Assembly: GCA_043822305.1 (NCBI GenBank)
Contig: JBDRBU010000094.1
Coordinates: 1-15,116 of the forward strand
Reading direction: 5' to 3'
DNA length: 15,116 nucleotides
Source: Candidatus Firestoneibacteriota bacterium
Lineage (GTDB): Bacteria > Oederibacteriota > D2-FULL-39-29 > JBDRBU01
A program made the translations under genes and the position numbers. A model generated the notes under the pieces. It did not search any database. It was not told where the DNA came from and worked only from the letters and a program-made list of their open reading frames with translations. Position 1 is the stretch's first letter. Every line of letters starts with the position of its first letter. Of the stretch, positions 5,593-14,265 are shown one piece after another.

Positions 5593-7023
5593 ATGTTTAG
5601 AATGGGAGGCAAGATTAAAATGCCTATAAAAAAATCTATAGTACAAAATTATGATAATTGGGTTAGAAGAAAAGAAAGTATTGCAGACTTATTTCTTGAT
5701 CTAGAAAATATCCGATTACAAGTGGAAGGACAAACTTCACAGGATGCTTTAATCAATGATCTTTTTTTGAATGAAGACGCTATGCAAACATTAGAAAGCA
5801 TAGCTACAAACGGCTTTTTCCCGGACGAGATCCCCGTCGTCATTAGGGAAAACAAAAAACTTGTTGTCATTGATGGCAACCGAAGAGTTGCTGCTTTGAA
5901 AGTATTACTACATCCAGAAATTGTTCCGTCAAAAGAAACAAAAATTAGGGAATTAATAAAGAGTGCAGGGCCATTAATTAAGGAAATGGAGGTTGTTTTG
6001 GCCCCGGATCGCGATTCAGTTAGACACTTTTTAGCAAGCAAACATACACACGATACAAGACGACCTTGGCGACCATTAAGACAGGCTTATTTTTATAAGG
6101 CAGAACTTGCTAGAGGCAAAACCGTTCAAGATTTAAGAAAAGAATATCCAAATGTTGATATAGATAAATTCTTAAAACTTATCAATATTCATAGAATCGC
6201 CAAATCCATACAATATGATTCTGATCAAGTAACGAAGAAAGTTCATAACGAACGCACTTTCCCTGCTTCCACAATCGGAAGGCTGTATGAAGATAAGCGG
6301 GTGAGAAATTTTCTTGGTTTCGATTTTGATAAGAACGGAGAAGTAAAAATACAAATTAGCAAAAAGGAATTTGAAAAGGGATTTAAAAAGATTGTACAAG
6401 ATGTTGTAGATAAGATCGTCGATTCACGTTCTTTAAACACCGAGAAGAACAGGAAAGATTATCTTGCCACTTTTTCAAAGGCAGAGATTCCCAATAAGAC
6501 AAAAAGTGGGGGTATCATTACAAGCAAGGATTTCAAAGAGACCATCCCTCTCACTATTAAGAAAAAAACAAAATTAGCACCGAGAGATATTGATTTTACG
6601 CTTCAGTGTCCCGGGGTAGGAAGAATGCTTAGTGAGCTTCAAAAGATAGATTACCATAAGTTCCCGAACGCATCTCACGATCTTCTGAGAAGTTTTCTTG
6701 AGTGCGCCCTTAAGGCCTATTTTTATCAAAAAGGCACACAAATTAAGCCAGCTGGCAAATTTGTATATCTAAATGATGTTTTGCGAGAATTTAAGAAGGA
6801 GATGGATTCTACAAAAAATATCGAGCTATCCCAAGTCACACAGAGAATAATCAGTAATACAAACATGAATTCTTATTCCGTACAATTCCTTAATGCAGTA
6901 AATCATAATTCAAGCGTTTTTGCCATTGCTAAAGACGTAGAGGACGCATGGGATACAATGGAAAAACTATTCCGCTACATTTTAAATCCCAAGAAAAAAC
7001 AAGATGATAAAGATAATATATAA
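5593..7023 (+). CDS. ParB/Srx-like N-terminal domain protein with HEPN-like C-terminal domain; probable defence effector
   Basis: 'LDLENIRL' and 'VVIDGNRRVAALK' ParB/Srx motifs. C-terminal 'LLRSFLECALKAY ... FLNAVNHN' resembles HEPN helices with a terminal His motif. Start may be 5620 (SD GGAGG 5605-5609). Confidence 0.68.
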   Translation: MFRMGGKIKMPIKKSIVQNYDNWVRRKESIADLFLDLENIRLQVEGQTSQDALINDLFLNEDAMQTLESIATNGFFPDEIPVVIRENKKLVVIDGNRRVAALKVLLHPEIVPSKETKIRELIKSAGPLIKEMEVVLAPDRDSVRHFLASKHTHDTRRPWRPLRQAYFYKAELARGKTVQDLRKEYPNVDIDKFLKLINIHRIAKSIQYDSDQVTKKVHNERTFPASTIGRLYEDKRVRNFLGFDFDKNGEVKIQISKKEFEKGFKKIVQDVVDKIVDSRSLNTEKNRKDYLATFSKAEIPNKTKSGGIITSKDFKETIPLTIKKKTKLAPRDIDFTLQCPGVGRMLSELQKIDYHKFPNASHDLLRSFLECALKAYFYQKGTQIKPAGKFVYLNDVLREFKKEMDSTKNIELSQVTQRIISNTNMNSYSVQFLNAVNHNSSVFAIAKDVEDAWDTMEKLFRYILNPKKKQDDKDNI

Positions 7024-7852
7024 AAGAAATCTTAAGTTTCATTATAGTCCTTTAAGATATCCAGGAGGGAAAACTTTTCTATTTTCATTTTTTGATAAAG
7101 TAATCAAAAAAAATGGATTGGGAAATATTACTTACATAGAGCCATTTGCAGGAGGAGCTGGCGCAGCATTAGCTTTATTGTTTTTAGAAAAGGTGGAAAA
7201 AATAGTTATTAATGACCTTGATAAGGCGATTTACTCTTTTTGGAAATCAGCAATTTTTGATTCAGAAAAATTTATAAAAAAAATATTCTCAACACCGATT
7301 TCTATTAAAGAATGGAGAAAACAAAAGTTAATTTATAAGAATCCAAAATCCGATTGTTTTGATTTAGGGTTTGCAACCTTCTTTCTGAACAGAACTAATA
7401 TTTCTGGTATAGTCAATGGAGGTCCAATTGGTGGCATCCAGCAAAAGGGCAAATGGAAAATAGATGCGAGATTCAATAAAGAAAAATTGGCTGAAAGAAT
7501 ACGTCAATTATCCTTGTATAAAAATAGGATTTCAGTTTTTAATAGAGATGGAGTTGATTTGATGAAGGGCTATCTAAATAAAAAAAATGTTTTTATATAT
7601 CTTGACCCACCATATTACGAGAAGGGCGCTACGTTATACCTGAATCACTACAAAAAAGAGGATCACGAGGTGCTCGCAAAGCTATTAAATTGTAATCCAG
7701 ATGCATTTTGGTTACTCACTTACGACAATAAAAAAGAAATAAAATCCCTTTATCCAGAAAGAAAGATAGCTAATTTTTCGTTAAACTATAATGCCTATGA
7801 ATCTTACAAGGGAAAAGAAATATTGATTTCATCTGATGCCCTTGTGGTTTAA
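7004..7852 (+). CDS. Dam-like (D12 class) N6-adenine DNA methyltransferase
   Basis: 'SPLRYPGGK', 'EPFAGGAG', 'FFLNRT' and 'YLDPPYY'; overlaps the upstream gene by 20 bp. Confidence 0.93.
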   Translation: MIKIIYKRNLKFHYSPLRYPGGKTFLFSFFDKVIKKNGLGNITYIEPFAGGAGAALALLFLEKVEKIVINDLDKAIYSFWKSAIFDSEKFIKKIFSTPISIKEWRKQKLIYKNPKSDCFDLGFATFFLNRTNISGIVNGGPIGGIQQKGKWKIDARFNKEKLAERIRQLSLYKNRISVFNRDGVDLMKGYLNKKNVFIYLDPPYYEKGATLYLNHYKKEDHEVLAKLLNCNPDAFWLLTYDNKKEIKSLYPERKIANFSLNYNAYESYKGKEILISSDALVV

Positions 7853-7928
7853 TTATGCAGCTCTTTCTTTTTCCTAAGATAGAAAAATTATTAAGGCAAA
7901 AAATCTACCTATATTGAGGTAATATAAA

Positions 7929-9794
7929 ATGACATCATATACTTCCGTCACTGCAGAAGCCCATACCCCGCCTTATAAAATACATAGATACTTTGCAAGA
8001 AGGCCTTGGAATGTCTTTAAGAACTTGATAGAAACCTTCAGTAAGGAAGGCGATATTATTTTAGATCCTTTTTGTGGTGGAGGCGTTACCCTTTACGAAG
8101 GACTCAAAGTTGGGCGAAAAGTTGTTGGATTGGATTTAAATCCTCTTTCTATTTTTCTTGTAAGAAATATGATAAGAAAAAAGGTAGATTTTATAGAACT
8201 TAATTCAGCCTTCCAAAAGATAAGTGATTATTTAAAACATCTTTATGGTGATTATAATCTAGTTGATTGTGAGTCTAGGCAAAAAACTTTATTAAAAGAG
8301 AAAATTGAAATTGAATGGAACGAACTTACATTTTATGCTTTTTGCAATCTTTGTGGGCACAAAGTATTGTTATCAAACAAAAACAGAATATCAAATGGTA
8401 GATATTCTTGCTCAAATTCTAGTTGTAAAGGTAACAAAAATAATGATGGTTTCATTGAACCAAAAAATTGTAAAAGAGATGGTTATAAATACCTTTACTC
8501 TGTAATTTATTCTCCTATAGACAGAAAAAAGATAATCATTGAATATGATGATGAAAGGAACAAAAAGTTAAATAAGCACATAAAATTCTTAGAAAAAGAA
8601 ATTAGCAAGAATAAAATTGAGATCGGAAAAGACGAAATTCCACTTAATTGGGATAGACAATATGAAGACCTGCTATACAAAAAAGGTATAAAATATTTTC
8701 AAGATTTATTTACAAAAAGGAATTTGTTAATTAATTTATTGCTTCTTAACTATATTTCTAAGCTGAATATAACTAAGGATACATACGAAGTGTTAAGACT
8801 TGTTTTTAGTAGTTCTCTAAGAGATACCAATATAATGTCTTTTACAAATAGTGGATGGCAATCAGGTAAGCCTACTACTTGGTCTAAGCATGCTTATTGG
8901 GTCCCCTCTCAATTTTGTGAAAATAATGTTTTATCTTCATTTAAAAAGGCATTTAATAGAGTACGAAGTGCATTTCTTTTTAATGAACAATTCAACTATG
9001 AAGTAATTCCTGTGAATAGATTTGACACTTTAAGGGACAAAGGAAATATACTTTTGTTAAACGCCTCAATTGATGAGGTAAATATTCCAGATAATTCCAT
9101 TGATACAATTATTACAGACCCTCCTTATGGAAGCAATGTCCAGTATTTGGAGTTATCACATTTTTGGTATGTTTGGAATAAAGACTTATATGAAACTAAA
9201 ACCCTAAATTTCTTAAAAGAGGCTGTTGCTAATAGAAAGAAGAATTTCGTTGGCGCTAAGTCTATGAAAGATTATGAAAATAATCTATTCTTAGTATTTC
9301 ATAAATCTTATCATGTTTTAAAACCGAATAGACATATGGTTTTAACATTTAATAATAGAGATATTGGGGCTTGGTTGGCATTGCTTATTTCTATATTTCG
9401 TGCAGGTTTTACATTAGAAAAAGAAGGATTATATTTCCAGGATGGAGTGGATAATTACAAACAGACTGCTCATACTAAATACGATGGTTCTCCATATGGA
9501 GATTTTATTTATGTTTTTAAGAAAGATACAAAGAAAAAAATTGGATTAAAGAACATGACAGAGACAGATTTTATCAAGGATTTAGATATGATTTTTGCTA
9601 CTTATCTAAACAATTTTAATAATTCAAGATATGACAGAAATGAAGTTATAAGGAAGATGTTCTTAAAAGTAATACCTAAAATAGAAATATTTGTTAAGTC
9701 CAATCTTTTAAAAAGCGATAAACATAATTTATATACTCACTTTGACAAAAACTATCTACGAAGGATATACACCCCAAATGACAAGAAAGAGTGA
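7929..9794 (+). CDS. Amino-DNA methyltransferase (DPPY) with Cys-rich insertion
   Basis: N-terminal 'IHRYFARRP' and motif I 'LDPFCGGG'; CNLC...CSNSSC Zn-finger-like insert; motif IV 'ITDPPY'; SD GAGGT. Confidence 0.88.
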   Translation: MTSYTSVTAEAHTPPYKIHRYFARRPWNVFKNLIETFSKEGDIILDPFCGGGVTLYEGLKVGRKVVGLDLNPLSIFLVRNMIRKKVDFIELNSAFQKISDYLKHLYGDYNLVDCESRQKTLLKEKIEIEWNELTFYAFCNLCGHKVLLSNKNRISNGRYSCSNSSCKGNKNNDGFIEPKNCKRDGYKYLYSVIYSPIDRKKIIIEYDDERNKKLNKHIKFLEKEISKNKIEIGKDEIPLNWDRQYEDLLYKKGIKYFQDLFTKRNLLINLLLLNYISKLNITKDTYEVLRLVFSSSLRDTNIMSFTNSGWQSGKPTTWSKHAYWVPSQFCENNVLSSFKKAFNRVRSAFLFNEQFNYEVIPVNRFDTLRDKGNILLLNASIDEVNIPDNSIDTIITDPPYGSNVQYLELSHFWYVWNKDLYETKTLNFLKEAVANRKKNFVGAKSMKDYENNLFLVFHKSYHVLKPNRHMVLTFNNRDIGAWLALLISIFRAGFTLEKEGLYFQDGVDNYKQTAHTKYDGSPYGDFIYVFKKDTKKKIGLKNMTETDFIKDLDMIFATYLNNFNNSRYDRNEVIRKMFLKVIPKIEIFVKSNLLKSDKHNLYTHFDKNYLRRIYTPNDKKE

Positions 9795-11103
9795 ATGTAA
9801 GCTGATTCGAAATCAGTTAAAGTATAAAAAATTATATCCGGCATATCTTAGAATGCTATATACTTTAAACAGGGAATATAGAGTAAAGAAAGAACATTCG
9901 TTTTCTGATTTAGTAAACTTTAAAACAAATAAAGAAATTCCTAGACACAATTGGTTTTTTTATAAACAGGGCTATTCTGAGAAGTTAGTCAGTGAACTAC
10001 TCCTTAAAGAAAAACCTCCCAAGACTCGCTATGTATTAGATCCTTTTACAGGAGTCGGAACAACTAATCTTGTTGCAAAAAGTTTAGGATATAGAAGTAT
10101 AGGATTGGATATTAATCCTGTAGCTACCTTTGCAGCAAAAGTAAAAACTACTACATTTTCAAAACAAGAGATCAATAAAATAAATACTATGATTAAATTA
10201 TTTTCACCTACAAAAAAGAGTCAGATTATACCTATTTCCCCCTTACTTGAAAGGTCTTTTTCTAAGATTGCCTTTAATAAATTAATGCATATAAAGAGGT
10301 TTTTTGAGTCAATAAAAGATAAAAAAATAGCCTCTTTTTTTAAATTGGCATATCTTTCTATTATCGAAGATTGTTCTAATAGAATAAAAGATGGTAACGG
10401 ACTTAAGATTGCTATGAATAAGAGGAAAATACGAGATATTTACAGCTTCTATATTAATAAATGCAAGGTAATGGTTAATGACATTTATAGATTAAATTCT
10501 GGTAAAAAACCCATAATAATCAACGGTTCTATATTACTAAAAGAACATTTTGATAAGATAAAAGATAAAAAAGTAGGTATTGTTATTTTTTCTCCACCTT
10601 ATCTTAACTGTTTTGATTATTGTGAAGTATATAAACTTGAATTATGGATGGGGGGGTTTGTTAATAATTATGAAGATTTTAAGAAATATCGGACAATGGC
10701 AGTGAGGTCCCATGTTAATTCAGAATTTAATCATTGTATACAAAATCCTAATGCTAAAGTTAAATTAATCTCAGAAACAATATCTTGTTTCAACATTTGG
10801 AATAAAAATATTCCTGATATGATAGAAGGATACTTTGACGACATGACCAAAATGTTTAAGAAATTACACTTTCTTATGGTAAAAGGAGGTAAGTGCTTTA
10901 TAGTTATTGCTAACTCGGGATATAAGGGTGTATTAGTGCCAACTGATTTGTTGCTCGCAGATATTGCTAAAATGAATGGTTTTAAAGTTGCCAGTGTTAT
11001 ATATGCACGAAAAATTCGAGCTTCATCTCAACAAATGAATGAGCTACATAATACCTATAAGAATCTAATCAGGGAAAGCATAGTTGTCTTGGAGAAAAAA
11101 TGA
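9778..11103 (+). CDS. Amino-DNA methyltransferase, SPPY type (probably N4-cytosine)
   Basis: 'HNWFFYKQGYS', motif I 'LDPFTGVGTT', motif IV 'FSPPY', C-terminal 'RESIVVL'. ATG 9778 preferred over TTG 9742. Confidence 0.88.
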   Translation: MTRKSECKLIRNQLKYKKLYPAYLRMLYTLNREYRVKKEHSFSDLVNFKTNKEIPRHNWFFYKQGYSEKLVSELLLKEKPPKTRYVLDPFTGVGTTNLVAKSLGYRSIGLDINPVATFAAKVKTTTFSKQEINKINTMIKLFSPTKKSQIIPISPLLERSFSKIAFNKLMHIKRFFESIKDKKIASFFKLAYLSIIEDCSNRIKDGNGLKIAMNKRKIRDIYSFYINKCKVMVNDIYRLNSGKKPIIINGSILLKEHFDKIKDKKVGIVIFSPPYLNCFDYCEVYKLELWMGGFVNNYEDFKKYRTMAVRSHVNSEFNHCIQNPNAKVKLISETISCFNIWNKNIPDMIEGYFDDMTKMFKKLHFLMVKGGKCFIVIANSGYKGVLVPTDLLLADIAKMNGFKVASVIYARKIRASSQQMNELHNTYKNLIRESIVVLEKK

Positions 11104-13970
11104 AATTTCATCCATTACTAAAATCTAAGATAAAGAGTTGGAATGAACTAGAGAAACATATAGAACAACTGCCAAACACAAAAGAAATGGGAAATGTTTT
11201 TGAGCAGTTTGTATATGTCTATTTTCTTATCAAGCACAACTTATATCAAATAGCTGAGCACTATATGGAGAAAGATATTCCCTTGGAATATAGGAGAAGG
11301 TTTAATTTTGAAAGATATGATTGCGGAGTAGATGGTTTAATTATATTTAAAAATGGCAAAAGCGCCGCTTATCAAGCAAAATTTAGAAGTGATAGAGTGC
11401 AACCTTCCTATGCCGAATTAACAAAGTTTTGGGCTGAAGCAAAATCAACTGATTACAATTATACGGTAGCAAATTGTTATTACCTTTCTAGACTTTGCGC
11501 GAAACAACCGAAGCATCTGAGTATTTTGGTTGATGAGTTTGAAAATTTAGGTTCAGAATTTTTTAATGAATTTTATCTATGCATTAATGCAGAAAAACCA
11601 AAGCGTCAATTATATGCTCCTGATAAATTCCAGCAAAGAATGATTGGTAATGTGTTGAAGGGCTTCACAAAATATAATAGAGGGAAATTGATTGCCGCTT
11701 GTGGTACTGGCAAAACTTTAACAGCTTTATGGATTTCTGAACTTATGAAGACTCAGAAGGTTCTTTTTTTAGCACCGAGTTTAGCTTTAATAAAACAGAC
11801 ACTAGAATCATGGACAGAGCAAGCCAGTAGAGATTTTTCTTATTTGTGTGTATGTAGTGATAAAACGGTTTCTGACGAAATAGACAGTGGAGACATTAAG
11901 CTATCTGATTTTAATGTCCCGGTTACAACTTCCCCTAATGATATTTGTAAGTATTTATCGCAAAAATCAGAAGAGAAAAAAATAATTTTTTCTACTTATC
12001 AATCACTAGATGTCTTATCTGAAAGCATAAATAAATTGGTTGGATTCACATTTGATTTAATAGTATTTGATGAAGCACATAGGACTGCCGGCACAAAAGA
12101 TTCCTCTTTGTTCTCGTTAGCTCTTTATGACCAAAATATCCCATCAAAAAAGAGGCTTTTTATGACTGCAACTGAGAGATTAATTAGGCCATGGATTCTG
12201 AAAAAAGCGAAAGAGTTTAATAGAGTTGTTTTTTCAATGGACAATCCAGAACTATACGGTCCTGTTTTTGATAGATTTAATTTCGGCGAAGCTATCCAAA
12301 ACAAAATTATTTCTGATTACAGGATTATTGTTGCAGGAGTTAAAGCAAAAGAGGTATATGGTTGGATTAAAAGTAATAAATTGCTGGTTCATACTGAGAG
12401 TGGTTCTAAAGAATATTTCACATATGCTCAAAATATATTTCGACAGATTATGTTAATCAAGTCAATGCGTAATTTTAAAATGAAAAAATGTATAACCTTC
12501 CATTCTAATATTAAAAATGCAGTTTCATTTATTCGAGGAGTGAGTTCAGAAGATACTAATTTAAGGCAAGTGTTTAGTAGGCTTTGGCCAGAGTTATACG
12601 GAAAGGATTTATATCTAGATCATGTTAACGGCACAATGAGCGCAGGAGACAGAAAAGAGCGCCTAGATATTTTTAGGGATTCTAAATTTGGTGTAATTTC
12701 TAATGCAAGATGTTTAACCGAAGGAGTAGATGTTCCAATTATTGATAGTGTTTATTTTGTCAATCCAAGGCATTCTTTGATTGATATTGTCCAAGCCTGT
12801 GGAAGGGCTCTAAGAAAACCAAGAGATAAACATGATAAATTAGCATATTTCATCGTGCCTATTTTGATACCAGATATAGATGAAAAAGTGGACATTATTA
12901 ATGAAGTTGATTTTGAAATGCTACATGATTTGATACAGTCATTAAGAGACCAGGATCAACGACTTTCAGAGTGGATAGATAAAATTAATCTTAGTGCCTC
13001 TCAAGGTAAAACATATAGATTTTCTGAGGGGTCAGATAGTCCAATAATTCTTAATTTACCTGCTGAGTTTAATGTGAAAGATTTTGAAAAGAAATTATAC
13101 CTGAGGATTGCAGAGGTAAACAGAAATCCAACGCACTTTGACTACAAAACTAGGAAGTATGGTAAAACCGAGAGAAAAAGTGAGTATAAGAGAATATTCA
13201 AAACCCTTGGGGATTATTCAGTTGAATCTTATAAGAATAACTTGGTTATGCCCACCATAAGGAAATTTCAATCTAAAGACCAGACATTATCTACTGCAAA
13301 ACTTAAAATTAATCATAATAATATATCTCACACTGAGCGATTGGGTTTAATAATTAAGGAGAAAACTGGATATAAGTTATCTCCTTTAGGAATTCAGCTT
13401 TTTGAGGATAAAATTAATTTTGAATTATTATTTAAACAACAAATGTTAAGATATTTCTCATCTGATAAGCAAGGAGGGCGTATTTTATTCCCATACAGAG
13501 CTTGCTTAAAGATATTATTAGAAGCCAAATCAATTAATTTCATTGAATTCGCTTTCGGCTTATATTCATTAATAGATTCATCAGAAGAATCAATTATCGC
13601 AGGGGCAGAAGACACAAAGTTTCTGAGAGAAAAATATCCCAATTTGGAAATTTTAAGTGAAACGAATAAACATAAAGTTTTAAAAGAATTGAATAAATAT
13701 TTTGGGACAAACTTTTCAGTAACAGACATCTGGGCTAAAAAAACAACAATTAATAATCAATATATCTATTTTAGAAATCATCTTTCTTTATTCAATGATT
13801 TTATTGTTATAGATGAAAAAAACAGAACTATGACTCTCATCAAAGGCAAAGAAAAAGCACTCAAAGAATTATTATTAAGAGACTCTTTGCTTGAATATGA
13901 AAAAGACGAGACTATCCTAAAAAAGAAATATATTCAAAAACTCATAATATTCATGCTTTTTTCTTTATAA
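11100..13970 (+). CDS. Mrr-like PD-(D/E)xK nuclease fused to an SF2 (DEAH) helicase and a C-terminal putative DNA-recognition domain; restriction enzyme
   Basis: 'GNVFE...DCGVDG...YQAK' nuclease; Walker A 'ACGTGKT', 'FDEAH', 'MTAT', 'LTEGVDVP', 'IVQACGRALR'; about 270 additional C-terminal residues. ATGA overlap with the upstream MTase. Confidence 0.87.
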   Translation: MKFHPLLKSKIKSWNELEKHIEQLPNTKEMGNVFEQFVYVYFLIKHNLYQIAEHYMEKDIPLEYRRRFNFERYDCGVDGLIIFKNGKSAAYQAKFRSDRVQPSYAELTKFWAEAKSTDYNYTVANCYYLSRLCAKQPKHLSILVDEFENLGSEFFNEFYLCINAEKPKRQLYAPDKFQQRMIGNVLKGFTKYNRGKLIAACGTGKTLTALWISELMKTQKVLFLAPSLALIKQTLESWTEQASRDFSYLCVCSDKTVSDEIDSGDIKLSDFNVPVTTSPNDICKYLSQKSEEKKIIFSTYQSLDVLSESINKLVGFTFDLIVFDEAHRTAGTKDSSLFSLALYDQNIPSKKRLFMTATERLIRPWILKKAKEFNRVVFSMDNPELYGPVFDRFNFGEAIQNKIISDYRIIVAGVKAKEVYGWIKSNKLLVHTESGSKEYFTYAQNIFRQIMLIKSMRNFKMKKCITFHSNIKNAVSFIRGVSSEDTNLRQVFSRLWPELYGKDLYLDHVNGTMSAGDRKERLDIFRDSKFGVISNARCLTEGVDVPIIDSVYFVNPRHSLIDIVQACGRALRKPRDKHDKLAYFIVPILIPDIDEKVDIINEVDFEMLHDLIQSLRDQDQRLSEWIDKINLSASQGKTYRFSEGSDSPIILNLPAEFNVKDFEKKLYLRIAEVNRNPTHFDYKTRKYGKTERKSEYKRIFKTLGDYSVESYKNNLVMPTIRKFQSKDQTLSTAKLKINHNNISHTERLGLIIKEKTGYKLSPLGIQLFEDKINFELLFKQQMLRYFSSDKQGGRILFPYRACLKILLEAKSINFIEFAFGLYSLIDSSEESIIAGAEDTKFLREKYPNLEILSETNKHKVLKELNKYFGTNFSVTDIWAKKTTINNQYIYFRNHLSLFNDFIVIDEKNRTMTLIKGKEKALKELLLRDSLLEYEKDETILKKKYIQKLIIFMLFSL

Positions 13971-14010
13971 ACTTCATAAATAAATTTTTATATATTTTAT
14001 TAACCTGATA

Positions 14011-14046
14011 AAAAAGTTCACTTTACATAGGAAGTGCGAACTTTTT
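14011..14046 (+). terminator. Imperfect hairpin with A- and T-tracts after the R-M operon; coincides with the left recombination-like site
   Basis: AAAAAGTTC-ACTT-tacatagg-AAGT-gc-GAACTTTTT, 40 bp after the stop at 13970. Confidence 0.45.
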
Positions 14047-14258
14047 CATTTTATCCTCTAATTCCTATCTGATTCATTTCACGTCGTCAAATCTATTCTT
14101 CTAATATTTCTCTATTTCTACAACCTACTAATTTATTCTCTCCGTTTTCCTTCTATTTCTCATTTCCAGAATCCTACTCTATAAACCGGCGTCGGAAAGC
14201 TTAAATACATCTATTTCGCCTTTATTATAGCAGTTCACCTTTCCTATGAATGATGAAC
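14016..14258. mobile_element. Candidate invertible DNA segment bounded by inverted 26-bp sites
   Basis: GTTCACTTTA-CATAGG-AAGTGCGAAC (14016-14041) and GTTCACCTTT-CCTATG-AATGATGAAC (14233-14258) are 19/26 identical as reverse complements, with an identical centred core. The second site ends 7 bp before the recombinase ATG. Confidence 0.62.
14224..14232 (-). promoter_or_regulatory. Extended -10 element TGcTATAAT on the minus strand inside the candidate invertible segment
   Basis: + strand ATTATAGCA is the reverse complement of TGCTATAAT. The -35 position currently reads CATTCA (poor). Confidence 0.55.
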
Positions 14259-14265
14259 ACACAAA

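Noticed and set aside
14020..14035. Minus strand ACTTCCTATGTAAAGT resembles the two outer ends of a Firmicute dif site
   Set aside because: About 12 central bp of a 28-bp dif are missing, so XerC/XerD geometry cannot be met. It is better explained as part of the 26-bp paired site.
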